Shown here one piece after another: positions 49,801 to 62,765 of a DNA stretch of 64,000 bases. Each line of letters opens with the position of its first letter. Positions within the stretch are counted from its first letter, which is position 1. The notes under the pieces are model-generated. The model worked only from the letters and a program-made list of their open reading frames with translations, did no database searches and was not told the origin of the DNA. The translations under genes were made by a program, and so were the position numbers. The stretch is from Laetmonice hystrix. Lineage: Eukaryota. The DNA lies in NCBI GenBank assembly GCA_965235115.1, contig OZ249436.1:40364001-40428000 (forward strand), written 5' to 3'.

Positions 49801-52800
49801 AGTCCAGTAGCTTTATCGGTGAACGATAATGATCAATTTGGGCCCCGGTGACCGGCCTTCATTCATGTATACGTCACGAGCGGGGGGGGGGGGGGGGGGG
49901 GAGGGGGGGGGCGGGGGGGGGGTCCCCACAAAGGATGGTGGCCTTTAAAGGGTAAGAATGCACCCTCAGTGAAATCGCCTGGTGCTTGGTATTCATGGAT
50001 TGTAAGCTGGCGACAGATGCCACATCAGGCACCGGTTGGGTATGCATGTGTACGCATAACATAAGGTCGAGTAATTTGATGGGGAAAATATTGTCATGAG
50101 GGTCCAAGGCAACTGGTGTTTACACAAGGCTTTGGGGAGTTTGATACAGCATACGACTAAATATTATAATAGAGAATATTGAACACTTGGTTATCCTGAA
50201 GCGTCTGATCAAAATACCATTTTTATTTGTCGTTACCAGGGATAGGGATTGATTGTATATTAGTGGCCCAGTGGAGAATAGCAAGCCATTTCATCACATC
50301 AAAAACAATTATTCAAGGAGGTAAAGTTAAATGAGGTGATTAGAAAGAAACGTTTTACCCGGTTATAATACCTATACGTCCTTTATGATAGTGACAAGGG
50401 GCGTTTGTGATGTTAATGGTATGTAATATTTGTTGTTCACTGTCACGTTGGTCACTTTCCCCAAAATACAGGCGTCTACGAAATAGATCAAGGGTTTTTG
50501 GAAAGAAGTAGATATTTCTTAGTCCGTGTATAGAGTAAGGGAATATCCAGTGGCATAAAAAACAGCCTATAAGTGAGGGGAAAGAGATATGTAATATTTC
50601 TTATTACCTTACCATTACCTGGTCCTTTACCTTATAAAACTACAAGAAATGTACGTCTGAAGAAAGGCTGAGGATGATAGCTGAAGCCGTGCTTTCCTGC
50701 TCTGCTTGCCATGGCAGTACTTGCTTTTCGTGGAATGTGTTTGCTTTTTGACGTACCCATTCCCTATTTCCATCAGCATAAATATCCTGTCGTTCAGATC
50801 TCTCAGATTCAGCCAGGTGGCCATATTTGACAAACAATATTTCGTTTGATTTGTTTTTTCCTGTAAAGTGAATATATTTTATCCCCAGACACTGTTTTGT
50901 TTAAATATCAGAGAGCTTTGCTTGAGGACTTTTTTTTCTGTAATTCCACTCTTACCGGAGGGTATACTATTTGATGGCATTCTAAGCGTATTTCACAGTG
51001 TGTGGAGGTGGACTATTTTTAGTGCAAGCATCAAGCACCACCGAATGTCTCCTAATCAATCTTTCATTCAACTGCACCACCACCACCACGTCAGGTCCAG
51101 CTTCACAGTACATAACATATATATGTACACCCGTTCTGTACCAGTACTTAAGATTTATCGACAGACCAACCCAGTGATACCTGAAAGAGTAGAGTGGGGG
51201 GGGGGGGGGGTGTCTCCCTTTTGCCAGGTTCGATATTGTTTGGATTGATAAAGTATAGTTTTGGACGTGACATGAATATGGTCATTGAATATGTGGTGCA
51301 GTTTTACCGAAAACTCTGAAACTCGTCAGCAGAACCGTGACATTGCACCAAGAACCGTGGCTCTGTCACTGATGTTTGCAAGAGATTGGCTTTGAAAAGC
51401 ATCAATACTCGGGGTATAGTTGCCTTCAGATGATATTCCATTACTGCAGTGTCACCTGTCAGCGATGGAGAGAAACACTTGGACTAAAATGAATGTTTAT
51501 GCTGTGTGGCGACATTGCTGCTAAAATAAGAATGTCTGCTTCTCTCGCTGCCTTCGAAGAGCAGTTACAGAGTTTCTTTCACATGGCGTGAAATCGCTTG
51601 ATGCGAGTCTCTTGGGGAAATGAGAATCGGTCAGAGCAGAGGCAGCCCAGTACTTCAAAGCTTCATTCTTCCAGAAGAACTGGGTCAATTATGGGAGGAT
51701 ATTGACATTTTCGTAGTTGGTTGCCATAGTGCCTTTGGTAAACCGTGCCTTTTGACGGGTGCATGTATTTTAAATGGAAAAAATACGATTTTATAGGGAT
51801 CTGTTTATACAGTTTTCTGCTACAAAAATAAAAGTAAAATTGGTAGGAATGGAAAGGAAGCTGCTCATAATCGGGTGACGTGTTATTGTGAGCATTTTGA
51901 TCTCCGACGTCTCAAAGGTGATCGTCTCAGGGAATTATGACTCATGGCCAAGCACGCTCCGTTGAAGATGAAGAAGGCGTTGGAAAAGATGTCCTTACAA
52001 TACGAGTATTGTATTGGAATCATTTGTGATTAAATAATGCTCATCATTCGAGAGACCTTTATGAAAGTTTGGGGCTTGGATGATGTTATTTTTCCGATAC
52101 AGTCTATAAGGCTGGCACTTCTGCTGATTGTCTCCTAAAGAAGAGGCAAGCCATCACGACCCTGCCTTAGGAGATCCACTTAGATGATGATTCCAAGAGC
52201 CACGTGTGGGGACAGAAACATTTGAGTTCGATCACATAATCTCCGGAACGTTATGGGTCAGAGTAGAGCGCTTTGTGTGTAGTAATGATGGGTTTACCGG
52301 AATTGATCCTCTGGAAAAAAAATCAGTTTGTCGCCAGGTTTCAGATCAGCGAGCTGCAGTACAGCGGGGTGGGACGGAGTATGGAGTGAGCGAGAGGGCG
52401 CCCCCTAGGGGGCACACCAGAACTGTGCCGATAGCGTCAAGTGACGTCATGACGCGGCTTTCCCGGTTTATGCCGAGAGTGAGTCACACGACGCTGTGTT
52501 GAGATGACAGACTTTACGAGATCGATGTTATCACGTTTGAAAACGTTTGGAAAGCGCGGCGATAAGTTATGCTCCCATGAATTGTGGAGTACATCACAGG
52601 ACTTCACCGCGTAATGATCGATGGACCAAACGCTCAACACAAACAGCCGATTTGAGCGTGTTGAAGACAAAGATTTGTTTATGACATTGAAATTGGAAAA
52701 TGTCATCGAGGTAGTGAATAATTTATGTTGCAAATCTCCAAACACATTCCCGTCCATGTAAATCGTAATCGGATTGAGATGAAAGAGTCGACTGTAAGTG

Positions 52801-55800
52801 ATGGTTGTTACATTGAGGGGGTTTGCTGAAGTTGTCAAAGCCACAAACCGGCGGGGGTGCCAGGAATTCGGCAGAATCCCAAGTGTACAAACGTGGTCGT
52901 GCTAACCGTATTATTGTTAGTACAGATAACGTCGTATCTCTAACACACGTGATCATTCAAGCGTGTCATCAGGTTCACGGTATTGCCCACCAGGGGATTG
53001 TTTTGTGATAACCACAATGGCGACATTGCAGGGAATTGCAGTGAACTCTTTCAGCTATCATCTATAGAAATGTGCTCCGGTTTGACAGGGTAAAAGCTGC
53101 TCGGTCAGCATGGGGCCGGTATTGAGAATAGATTATTTACCGGGTAATAGCAAGAACTCTGGCACGGTTTTGCTATTTTTCATCTTGAAGAATATCACGT
53201 CGTGGGTAATTCGTGATCGTATCGTCCCGGAAGCCGACAAAGTCTGTGCCTCAGCCACGGTTGGAACCTTTCCTGTCCGTCTACTCGGAACCTTGAGCTA
53301 AGTCTGGAGAATAGATCACTCTCCAGGCACATTGCGGGAGTTCTGTAATTACACGTCAGAGATCCTTAAATGATGAGGTGCGGTAATCCCAGACCTTCAC
53401 GGCCTATTGAAAGGTTATTTACTTCTTCCACAAAAAACTTTGAATGCATGCAATTGCCAGACTCCATTTAGTCCCCGAATATAGCCAATGGTATAACAGT
53501 CCTCAGTGATAAATGTCCCGACATTATATGGTAAATCCAGGATTTAAATACAATATCTAAAACATTACAGAGTGACAGAGGCACTCGATTTATGAGGTTA
53601 TAGTGCTCCAAACGAAAAGGGGCAGGGAAGAAGTGTGCAAATTGAAAAGTGTTTTTCGTAAATGAAAAAGGAGAAAGGTCGCTGAACATCTCGGATGGGG
53701 TCCTGCAGAAAATGTAATATTAAGAATTTTTGTGCGCCGGTGGTGATAACAAAAATCACTCGCCAGATGACTGTACCACATGCATTTCGTCCTCCTGTGG
53801 TTTCTTCTTGTCTCCTTCACTGAATCATTTAATCTGACTGAATGGTAACTGTTGCATCACCTGCCGCGACGAGAGACCTTTTCTGTGAACGTACGCAGCC
53901 AATAAGATACGTTTTAATGACACTTTTAAAACAGGTGTTCTGGTTGTATGATGTGTCAGGAGATGTTGGGGACGACAGTAGAATGAGTTACCAATGAGGC
54001 GTATTCCGTCCTTATGAATACGTTTGTATGAAAGGGTACACAAAGAACCACGTCACTGAGGGTATTAAAGGTGGTACTGTCGTAGGTATTAAGGGCGGTA
54101 CTGTCATAAGTAAATCACAGATGTCGTCAGTATCTGCGTTTCGGTTTCATTTAGAACTTATGTCTTTGGTTACAATCACAAGGATATTTTGATTGAAGGC
54201 TTACACTGCATCTCAGTGTAAGATATAGTTAATACTTGTATATTTTATTGACAACAAACTGTGTGAGGTTTTAGTGGGGCCTTGTTTCTGGTCGAATATG
54301 GATCTGAGGATCAGTATGCTAGAGCTTTCTTTACGAGGTGGAGTCAGTGAGACTGATGCCCCCTCTCCACTAAGCCGATATCTGAAGCGATAACAGGGGC
54401 GAAAAAGTTCGCTTCTAGATCGCCTTAGTGGAGATGGTTCTCGGTTGAGGTTCGCCCGGTCGCCTGAAAATCGGTTGAAGATCGCTTCGCCAACCGATAA
54501 CATTAAACTGCAAAACCCGTCTCCACTAAGCCGAAATGTGAAGCGATAACAGGAGCGAAAAAGTTCGCTTCTAGATCGCCTGCATGAGCCGAACTTCGTC
54601 TTAGTGGAGATGGTTCTCGGTTGAGCATCGCCCGGTCGCCTGAAGGTCGGTTCACGATCGCTCCGCCAACCGATAACATTAAACTTGTTTAATGTTCTCG
54701 GTTCTGAATCGGCTGATCGGCGCGTTCGCTTCAGTTTCAGTTTGTGCAAGGACCTGTAGGTGTCGCTAAAAGTATGTCACGTGACACAATTCTTCTTTCG
54801 GCAATACAAAATATGACCGCGTGACAAGATGGTTCGAACAGCAAGTAATGTGCAAGGAAAGACGATCATTACCGAATATGGAAAGCGTAAAGAAAAATAT
54901 TCGAAATCGAACTGCAGCATCTGTAGCACATAAAAAAGGAAGAGATGGGCCATCAGAGCGGAACCATCAAGGGAGGGGCCCGATGTCAGTCCAGATTGTG
55001 CAGTGGCGTACCTACGGGGTAGCGCCGACAATAGTTGTGAAGTACAACTCCAGCGAGGATCACTTTATCCACATTTCTTGATATCATTTCGATTTCGCGC
55101 CGAAAAATACTGAATTTTGTTGGACCATTCATTATAATCATGGAATGTGGATTGGCGCCAGATCTGACCCCCCCCCCCCCCCCCATCAATTGCTCTTCCC
55201 TCCCCGCCAACATCGACGAAGATAAATTAGATTTTAGATTTTAAATAAATTTTGCTCATAAATACTTTGATCCAATTCATGGGGCCATGCAAAATCTTAT
55301 TTCTGTTCTCCAAATAGTTTTCGAGATATGGCTTTTTAAATTGTTCACCCCTTGGACCCTTTCCAGACCTAAGTTTCGCTTATTTTTGTGCCGATTTTGA
55401 GGACCTATAACAGCACAATTATAAGAGTGAGTATTCCCATATTTTATTAACTTACTGTCCTTGGTAGGTATATGCAAAATACAAGACAACAGGTTCATCC
55501 TGGGAATATTGTTTCTGTACGAGTGGTGCCAAAATGGCGTTTTGGCCAATTTTTACCTAAAATATTTAGCTGTGCAACAGGGTTTTCCCCATTTGAAAAG
55601 GCATATTTTCTTTAATTCTTTATAGATCTTCACAGAACTTTCAGGGAATGCTTACAGGCCATATTCCTATATAATCATAGTCCAAAATGGTTCATTTATG
55701 CTAAAAATTCCTAGTTCTTTGACCTTAAGCATAGTGATATCCGACTTTTTGGAGGAGATGGATATTTCTGAAAGTTTAAAGTGCTCTAAAAAAAGTTAGT

Positions 55801-57353
55801 TTTCAATATTTTTATTTCAAATTTGGCACACGGATAGTCTATGGGGAGTTCTTTTAAGAAAATATATTACAAGTTTCGAACTTGGATTAGATTTTAATGA
55901 AGTCCTATCAAAAATGGCAAAAAAATGAAAAATATGGTATCAGGCCCCACATATGAAAAATTGTCACACAAAAGGGATTGAGAGCACAGTCTCCAAACTT
56001 TTTTCAAATAATAAGGACATACATATGTACAGTTGACAAAAAAATCAGTAATGTGCTAGCTTTCCTTCCAGTCTATAATGTATCATGAATACAGCCATTC
56101 TTTTTGACATTCGCAGGTGGGTCATTCCATGTTGAACCAATGGCAAAAAAGTTGATGTCTCCGAATTTCTTGAAATTGTAACCACATATTTGACAGCCAT
56201 ATTTGGCCACCTCTGCAGAATTGCAGCTGGGTAACCCCAGAGTAGTTCCCAGGGGACGCGGCTATTGGGTACACCGATAACGATAAACGATAATGTTCGC
56301 GGCGGGCAGTGGAGACGCCTTTCGGTTCAGTATCGCTCGTTCGCTTCGCCAAGCGATTTCTATCTTTCCGATTTATCGGATGATCGCCTTAGTGGAGCAG
56401 GCAGTGGAGACGCCTTTCGGTTCAATATCGTTCGTTCGCTTCACCCAAGCGATTTCCATCCGATGACAGCAAAGATCGGCTTGTCGCTTTATCGGATGAT
56501 CGCCTTAGTGGAGAGCCTACATTAGACGCCTCATTCAGAGAGTCGTCCAGTTGTATTTCATACCACAGCCAGATCACGAGATCGTCCAATCATTATTGAT
56601 AAACCTGTCTCTTAGGTCGTTTACCTGTTCCCTGGTGGTACCCTTGAACGAGAGAGAGAGAGTCTTACATCATGAGGCAACGGCTCTGACAGAAACTGAT
56701 CAGCGTAACTCTGGGCACCAATAATAATGTAAACCGGGAAATTTTCGCGTATTGCAGTACCACATTGGGGAACTTATTATTAATTGTATATTCCTTGTCA
56801 TCAGGATACCGACTTCCAGTAGCGTACCCAGGGGGGGGGGGGGTGCACCCCCTCAATTTGCCAAAATAAATTAAAGGTCAAGGGGGGAACTGCCCTCAGC
56901 CCCCTGCCAATTTGCAGCGCGTATACGACGTTGGTTATTTCCAGCACCCCCCTGGGTCCAGTGTCTTCGTACGCCACTGGGCTTCAGCTGCAGGCACGGG
57001 GGGAAAGGGGGCTTTTCAGTATTAGACACCGGCCCGATTCAGCAGTAGACCTACTTCCTATGTCTATATATAGTAAACGAAGCGGTAAGCAAGCATCATC
57101 ACTGTACCAGAGGGATCTATGTTTACAATTGGTACACCACTGCCAGTTATTCTGAATACTCCAAGTAATCGGTTGTCTGAGAAACAATGAGGTAGAATAG
57201 TTGGCCTCGGTCGACCAGCGGTAACCTCAGTGATTACACCCACTTTAACCTTGACCTATACCAAAGCGATGCTCAGGAACAGTTGTGGGTGTGGCAGTAC
57301 GAGACAGAAGAGGGCCCGCATGACCTTTTCATGGACATCGGCGAGGAAATAAG
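43819..57353 (+). CDS. POLR3H: RNA polymerase III subunit RPC8 (C25), 3'-incomplete in window. Exons: 43819-43929, 44185-44281, 44452-44538, 48371-48434, 57267-57353
   Basis: [149 protein letters not shown], closely matching RPC8. An acceptor (tttcag, 43789) upstream of the ATG implies a non-coding first exon. Confidence 0.95.
46705..47275. repeat. 33-bp minisatellite, ~17 copies, POLR3H intron
   Basis: Unit caggcagtgaacactcagccttacccctacaaa. Confidence 0.95.
48435..57266 (+). other. U12-type (minor spliceosome) GT-AG intron in POLR3H
   Basis: 5' splice site GTATCCTTT; branch site CCTTGAC (57249-57255) about 12 nt before the AG at 57265-57266; no polypyrimidine tract. Joining restores the conserved PARF/DAQEQ. 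Confidence 0.9.
54360..56517 (-). mobile_element. Degenerate PIF/Harbinger transposon with transposase remnant and probable nested insertion
   Basis: Inverted ends ctctccactaag / cttagtggagag and internal repeated sub-terminal motifs. Minus-strand remnant at ~55026-55125 ([32 protein letters not shown]) resembles the Harbinger DDE C-terminal LHN motif. Confidence 0.6.
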
Positions 57354-57999
57354 GTATGTATCCTGCCTCTGTCGCTCGTTTGAATACCAGTTGTACTTCT
57401 TTGTATTCTTGTCACTTCTGAAGGGATAACTTATGTTATGTTGGGAAGGCTTTCATTGAAGATGTTGATGAAGCGTTCCCAGTAGCAGTTAGTTACATAA
57501 TTATGTCTCCTTTTTTTATATTGATGGATTTTATTTGTCCAGATGATGGTGACTATATGTCTCCAAGGCATCATCAGTGTGCACTTCCTGTTGTTTTTGT
57601 GTTTGATCATGTATCCAATATACATGTAACGCAAGTCACTAAAGTTGGTCGCTGCATGTGATGTGAATCGATTGAGGTTTTCTTGAGTTTTCTTGACACC
57701 GCCCCCCCCCCCCCCCGCCCGTTACCCCCGGTCATCAGAGTGCCCGGGTAGGTGGGGTTGACGGATGGCCTGCCACAGCTGTCAAGAGATTCAAGGGGTG
57801 TGGGCAGCGCCACATTTCTCACAGAGGGCAGCACCCGCGGAGTTGGGAGGCAGTAGGTGGCGGCGGATCTATACCCCTCATCCCACACCCCTTTCTTATT
57901 CCAGCTTCCCATTCCTTCCCCCACACTCACAGTCACACCCCGTCCCCAGGGATTACCCGTGCTATGTCAGTGTGACCAGTCGGCGTCGATCCACGGTCC

Positions 58000-58140
58000 A
58001 CGGTTACTGGTGGGGTCGACCCACGGTCGGGGTCGATCCAGGTTCGGGGTCGATCTACTGGTGGGGTCGACCCACGGTCGGGTCGACCCACGGTCGTGGT
58101 CGGCCCACGGTCGGGGTCGATCCACTGGTGGGATCGAACC
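58000..58140. repeat. Short repeat cluster (ggtcgacccacggtcgg)
   Basis: Several imperfect tandem copies; probably a transposon sub-terminal region. Confidence 0.7.
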
Positions 58141-61100
58141 ACGCCTGCCACATGGATCATCGAGGTGCCACTACTTTACCTCTGACAAACCACGATCGAT
58201 AATCGTTGGCGATCCAGCTCCAAGCCGAATATGTTTTTCCCCTCGTTGACTAGCACAAACCACCTATTATAGACCTGATAATAGCATTGCCATGTGTACG
58301 GAGGTTATTTGTGGATACAGTCCAGTCGAGGCGGCTTAAGACCCCCGTCACAATGCTCATCGGGTCGGCTTCAGGTTTTAAATTACGATATCCACTATGG
58401 GCAAGCCGTCTTTAAAAATAAATCCAAAGACAACTGGCAACTACCTTGCTATGATTGAGTTAATCTAGTCATGCATTTGGCAGTGTAAATATTTTGAGCT
58501 TGCCTTAACACAGATATTGCTAGCTCCGAGGATTCCTGTGATGATGACGAGATTACTGACATTCAAAACGAGATATTTTTATTTAAGGTTCTGCATTTCA
58601 GTGCCAAGTGGAGTTGTTTTTCAATTCTGTAAATTATCGGCAAATTTGAAAGACAAAGGACGCATAATCTCTAGTTATTTGCCGTTATTAAAGAAATTAA
58701 GTAGTACATTCCAACACGTCCGCGGGGTAGACTGTTGTGAGAATTATTATGGAAAATGTTTATAGAGGTAATGTGCACAGTTTATACTAGAAATGTTGAG
58801 ATAATTATTGTCTCCTAATTATTATGTTGACATGCACTTGAAGTAGTAAATATTAAATTTGTCAACGTCAGCACTCATCGCGTGCATCAACGAAAGTTTA
58901 AATAGACATTATATTCCAGACTGATACAGAAGGATGTTTTTTATGCTTGAAGGTATGAGTTAGAGGAAGATGGCGAACCAAATTAACACTTTTTGTCCCT
59001 TGGTAATTGTAGAGTGAAAAAATTATTTGATCATAAGAGCAACAAATGCATAAAAACGTTATGTTAAAAAAAGGTATAGGTATGTGTTTTCATTTTTTCT
59101 TTGTAAACGGACGGTTGAAGGAGGTGGAAGTCTGTATGAAGTAGTGATGGCGTAGAAGATAGGGAGGGGGAGGAATGGGAATGAATCAGCCATGTTGTGT
59201 ACATTAGCTGTTGAAGGATCAATGCTGGGATCAATAAAATGTCTGCAGGGTAATGTCACTGTTCGTTTTGGAACCTTGACCTCCATCGCCAGGCATCAAG
59301 GCGTGCAATAACAACTCGGCGCCATTCTCCTGGTCTTTGAAGTCAGGTGGACATGATGGGATATTGTGCCGCTAATTACGTCATTAATTATCCTCTTACA
59401 GGCTCAGCCCTTGAGTATGCTGACTGTGATAACTGTAAGAAGAGAAGATGATGTGGGTTTACAGTTGAGGAGATCGCCAGGCCTCATGGGGTATGTCGGG
59501 TAGAGAACTTGGCCTGTCGCCATTGTTAGCCAGCCAGGGCCAGTACGGACCAACTCCGAGCTGGCGCCCTTGTTGTTTGAGCTTGCCCAGATTTGAGGCT
59601 TTTGACCTTTTCAAGTATGCAGAGTGCTGTATTTCCCAGGACTAGATTTAACAATATCTGGCGTTTCGAAAGGTCCTTGGAGGTTTGTTGTATCAGTACC
59701 AAACTTTCGTATACATGTACGTTATCCAAGGTTAGATGCTAAATGATATACATGTATAGTTCAGACAAAGTAGAAAGTAGTACGGGTTATTGATGCTATT
59801 GTATGTCGTAATATATTAATGAATAAGCGTAATTATATACGTTGAAAGGAATTTCGATGCCTTGCGGTGGCCGGCTGAGTGGAGACGGGAGAGTACGCTG
59901 GGGATCCGCTGAGTGGGTGAGGGTAGTGGGTGTTGGGGTGGGGGGATTCACCTGGCATTCCCTATCATCCAGGTTCGGAGATCGGCACGGATTACAATCA
60001 CTGAGTACACCCGAGGGATTGTTAGAGCTCCACCCATAGAACAGCGCTGATTGGGACAGAACCTGGGCTGGCCAACCGAATGATTTATGGCTGCCGAATC
60101 TCAGTTAGTCGCCTGACCTCAACGTCCTGCCGCTCCATAAGAAAATTGTCTTTGAATCGAAACCAGCCTGAAGTACATTTCCACACAAATCCGTTTTCAG
60201 GGTAATGTAGCGTTTGGTTCCTGCCCTAACTATAGCACACTCCTGGAATGTCAAGCTCCTCTGACCGATATTAACTTCAAGGCAGGTAAAAAGATTCATT
60301 AGAAGTGAGCGTTATTGACATCGCACACTGAGAAGGCTACCCCAGGACTAAATAGGGCTGAGCACGGGTAACCAGACCCATTACTACTAACGAGGAGCCA
60401 TAAAAATGCCAGAAGGACTTCACTACCTAATTAAGCTCGAACTATGAGTGCCGATGCCAAACCTTCATACATTCACCTGCCATTCAATGTCAGATGGATC
60501 ATCTCTGATTAGGGGGTTTTAGTAGGTAATCAACCGTTAATGCTGAGGAACACAAGCTAGGGTCCTGGGTATGTGACATCATCAGGCTTTACATCGACTG
60601 TGAAACCAGCACGAAGACCGTTTTCGAAGGCGAAGAATCTTGATTGCAGCAGCTTGAGATATTTGCTCCTATTTTGTGGCCATGGATTTATTTTCCTCAG
60701 GAGCATCATTATGTCTGTGTATGAATCACCCTAGCATCGATTTCAGATGGTAGCACATGTGCATGTTTATTTGAAAATATGGTGATGAATTTGGAAATGA
60801 GTTTGTTTCACAACATAATACACTTTAATAAAGACAAAGTTACGTGGATCAATCTTCTCAATTTCATCAGAAAGATATTGCCTACCTTACTAAGAAGTCA
60901 AATCCGAAACGGAAGTTAGATCAAGTTGAATCAAATCAAGACCAAAGTGAAATAGATGTTAACTGTTGATATTTGAGTCACATCTGATACTATAAAGAGG
61001 CATCAATCACACTGATATCGAATCAGTGTCGGTTATATCTTTGTGATGGCAGGAAAATGTTAGTACCCGTCGCTTACTCCTAGGATTTTAATTTCTTAAG

Positions 61101-62677
61101 TTATGGAACTGAGATTCTTTCAGTGTTTGGATACAGATTTATTTATTATTTATCCACCGTTTGTTAGCTTCTTTGGTTTTTATTATTGCACATTCTTATT
61201 CTTGCTTGCAACTGGGCCAGTGCCGACCAAAAACTTGCGGAGGCTTGATTCCATGAATTAAATGTATAAGCATGCACTGCATAACATGGTTACCGCTTTT
61301 CCCACCGGAAATTACAATTACAGCGTATCCCAGAGGTCGTTGAAAAAAAGCAAGCGATTGCTATAAATTAGCCAGCGTCGGACTGTTCTATGTTACGTTA
61401 AGGGCCTTGCGGGAGAGGAGTGTTTACCCTAGCTTTCTAGATATACAACCAGCGAATAACCAAGTTTACTGTGTGCTGAAAATGATGCAGGATATATAGA
61501 AGACATCAATGAGATGGAACCATAAAGTCAACATTGTATTTGAACGACATCTTATGTCACCGTATATCAAGGCAGCCACTTGCAGCCAAACCTAAAAGCT
61601 TTGCCGTGTTAGAGACAGCTGGCAGTGACGTAGGCGACGTGTGGAGCCCCCAGTATACTGCCATATGTTGGTGATGACAGTCATCGTGTGCTTCTCATGG
61701 CGACATGGATATAGCATTAGATCCGTCAAACCCTACGTCCGTCCGCCATCCTAAGTACGTCACTGATGCCAGATCTTGTCATTGTACCTGCCACGAGATT
61801 GTCACAACCTATGTTTGCCAGATGAATCGGACTCACATGTCACAGAAGGTATAATATTGTACATGTATCGGGGTTTATCCCATAATATACCGGTCTGAAT
61901 TTTAAAGCGTCGATCCCCCCCCCCCAAGTCTCTTAAAGGCATTGAGCCTGTATAAGTTATATATCCGTGATCTCCCAGCGCCCCCTCCCTTCAAGTTGCC
62001 TTCCTGTAGAAGGCAGCTGGCGTGAAGCCACATGAACAACGATCATAGCTCAAGGGTCACCGTTTTTACCATGTTCACCAAGAGCAGCGTATTTTCATGT
62101 AATAATCGCCAATTGGTTTTCATAACGATTACGTGGCATCATCTAGTTCACTAAAAGCACTTCTTCAAAACTGGCATTGGGACTTATAGTCACTATGATC
62201 CTGCAGATTACGGGAATTGGTTATTCCTTTCCGATTCTCACTTTTATAGCTCGTTATCGACTCCCGAGACGTAAATTGGGGTTGATCTTTTTAAAATCAC
62301 AATGAAACGAAGTCGGAGAGGAGATAACTAACTTTATTCTGGTGGAGCACAGATTCTCGTATGTAGAAGCGACAGTGAGACTGTGTGGGTATGTAAAAAG
62401 GGAATGATGCTATAGAAACATCATTGAGATGAATTGATCTTGATCGGTTCCATTCCACAATTCCCAGGGTACTGATCTGTGAAAACCTTGAAACCATCTT
62501 TGGTTTCAATGTAGATATTAGCCGGATTTAAATTCGTCGTCTAAAGGGTATAGAACTGAAAGCCCTGATCCACCTGGCCGGATTGGCGTGGTGAAAATAG
62601 AGACCAGATGTTGGACAGGCAGACTTGGGAGGTCGCAAACTCGCTGGTTGCCATCTGTTACCGGCACTGCTGGCCGG

Positions 62678-62765
62678 GGCCAGGGACTAGACCATGGGCC
62701 TGGCAGGCCAGGGACTAGACCATGGGCCTGGCAGGCCAGGGACTAGACCATGGACCTGGCCAGCC
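62678..62765. repeat. Short tandem repeat, ~28 bp x 3
   Basis: ggccagggactagaccatgggcctggca repeated. Confidence 0.85.

Noticed and set aside
52437..52844. 135-aa minus-strand ORF in POLR3H intron
   Set aside because: Non-ATG start, no recognisable domain and no convincing splice sites.
54213..54749. 178-aa Arg-rich minus-strand ORF
   Set aside because: Reads through the duplicated sub-terminal repeats of the Harbinger-like relic.
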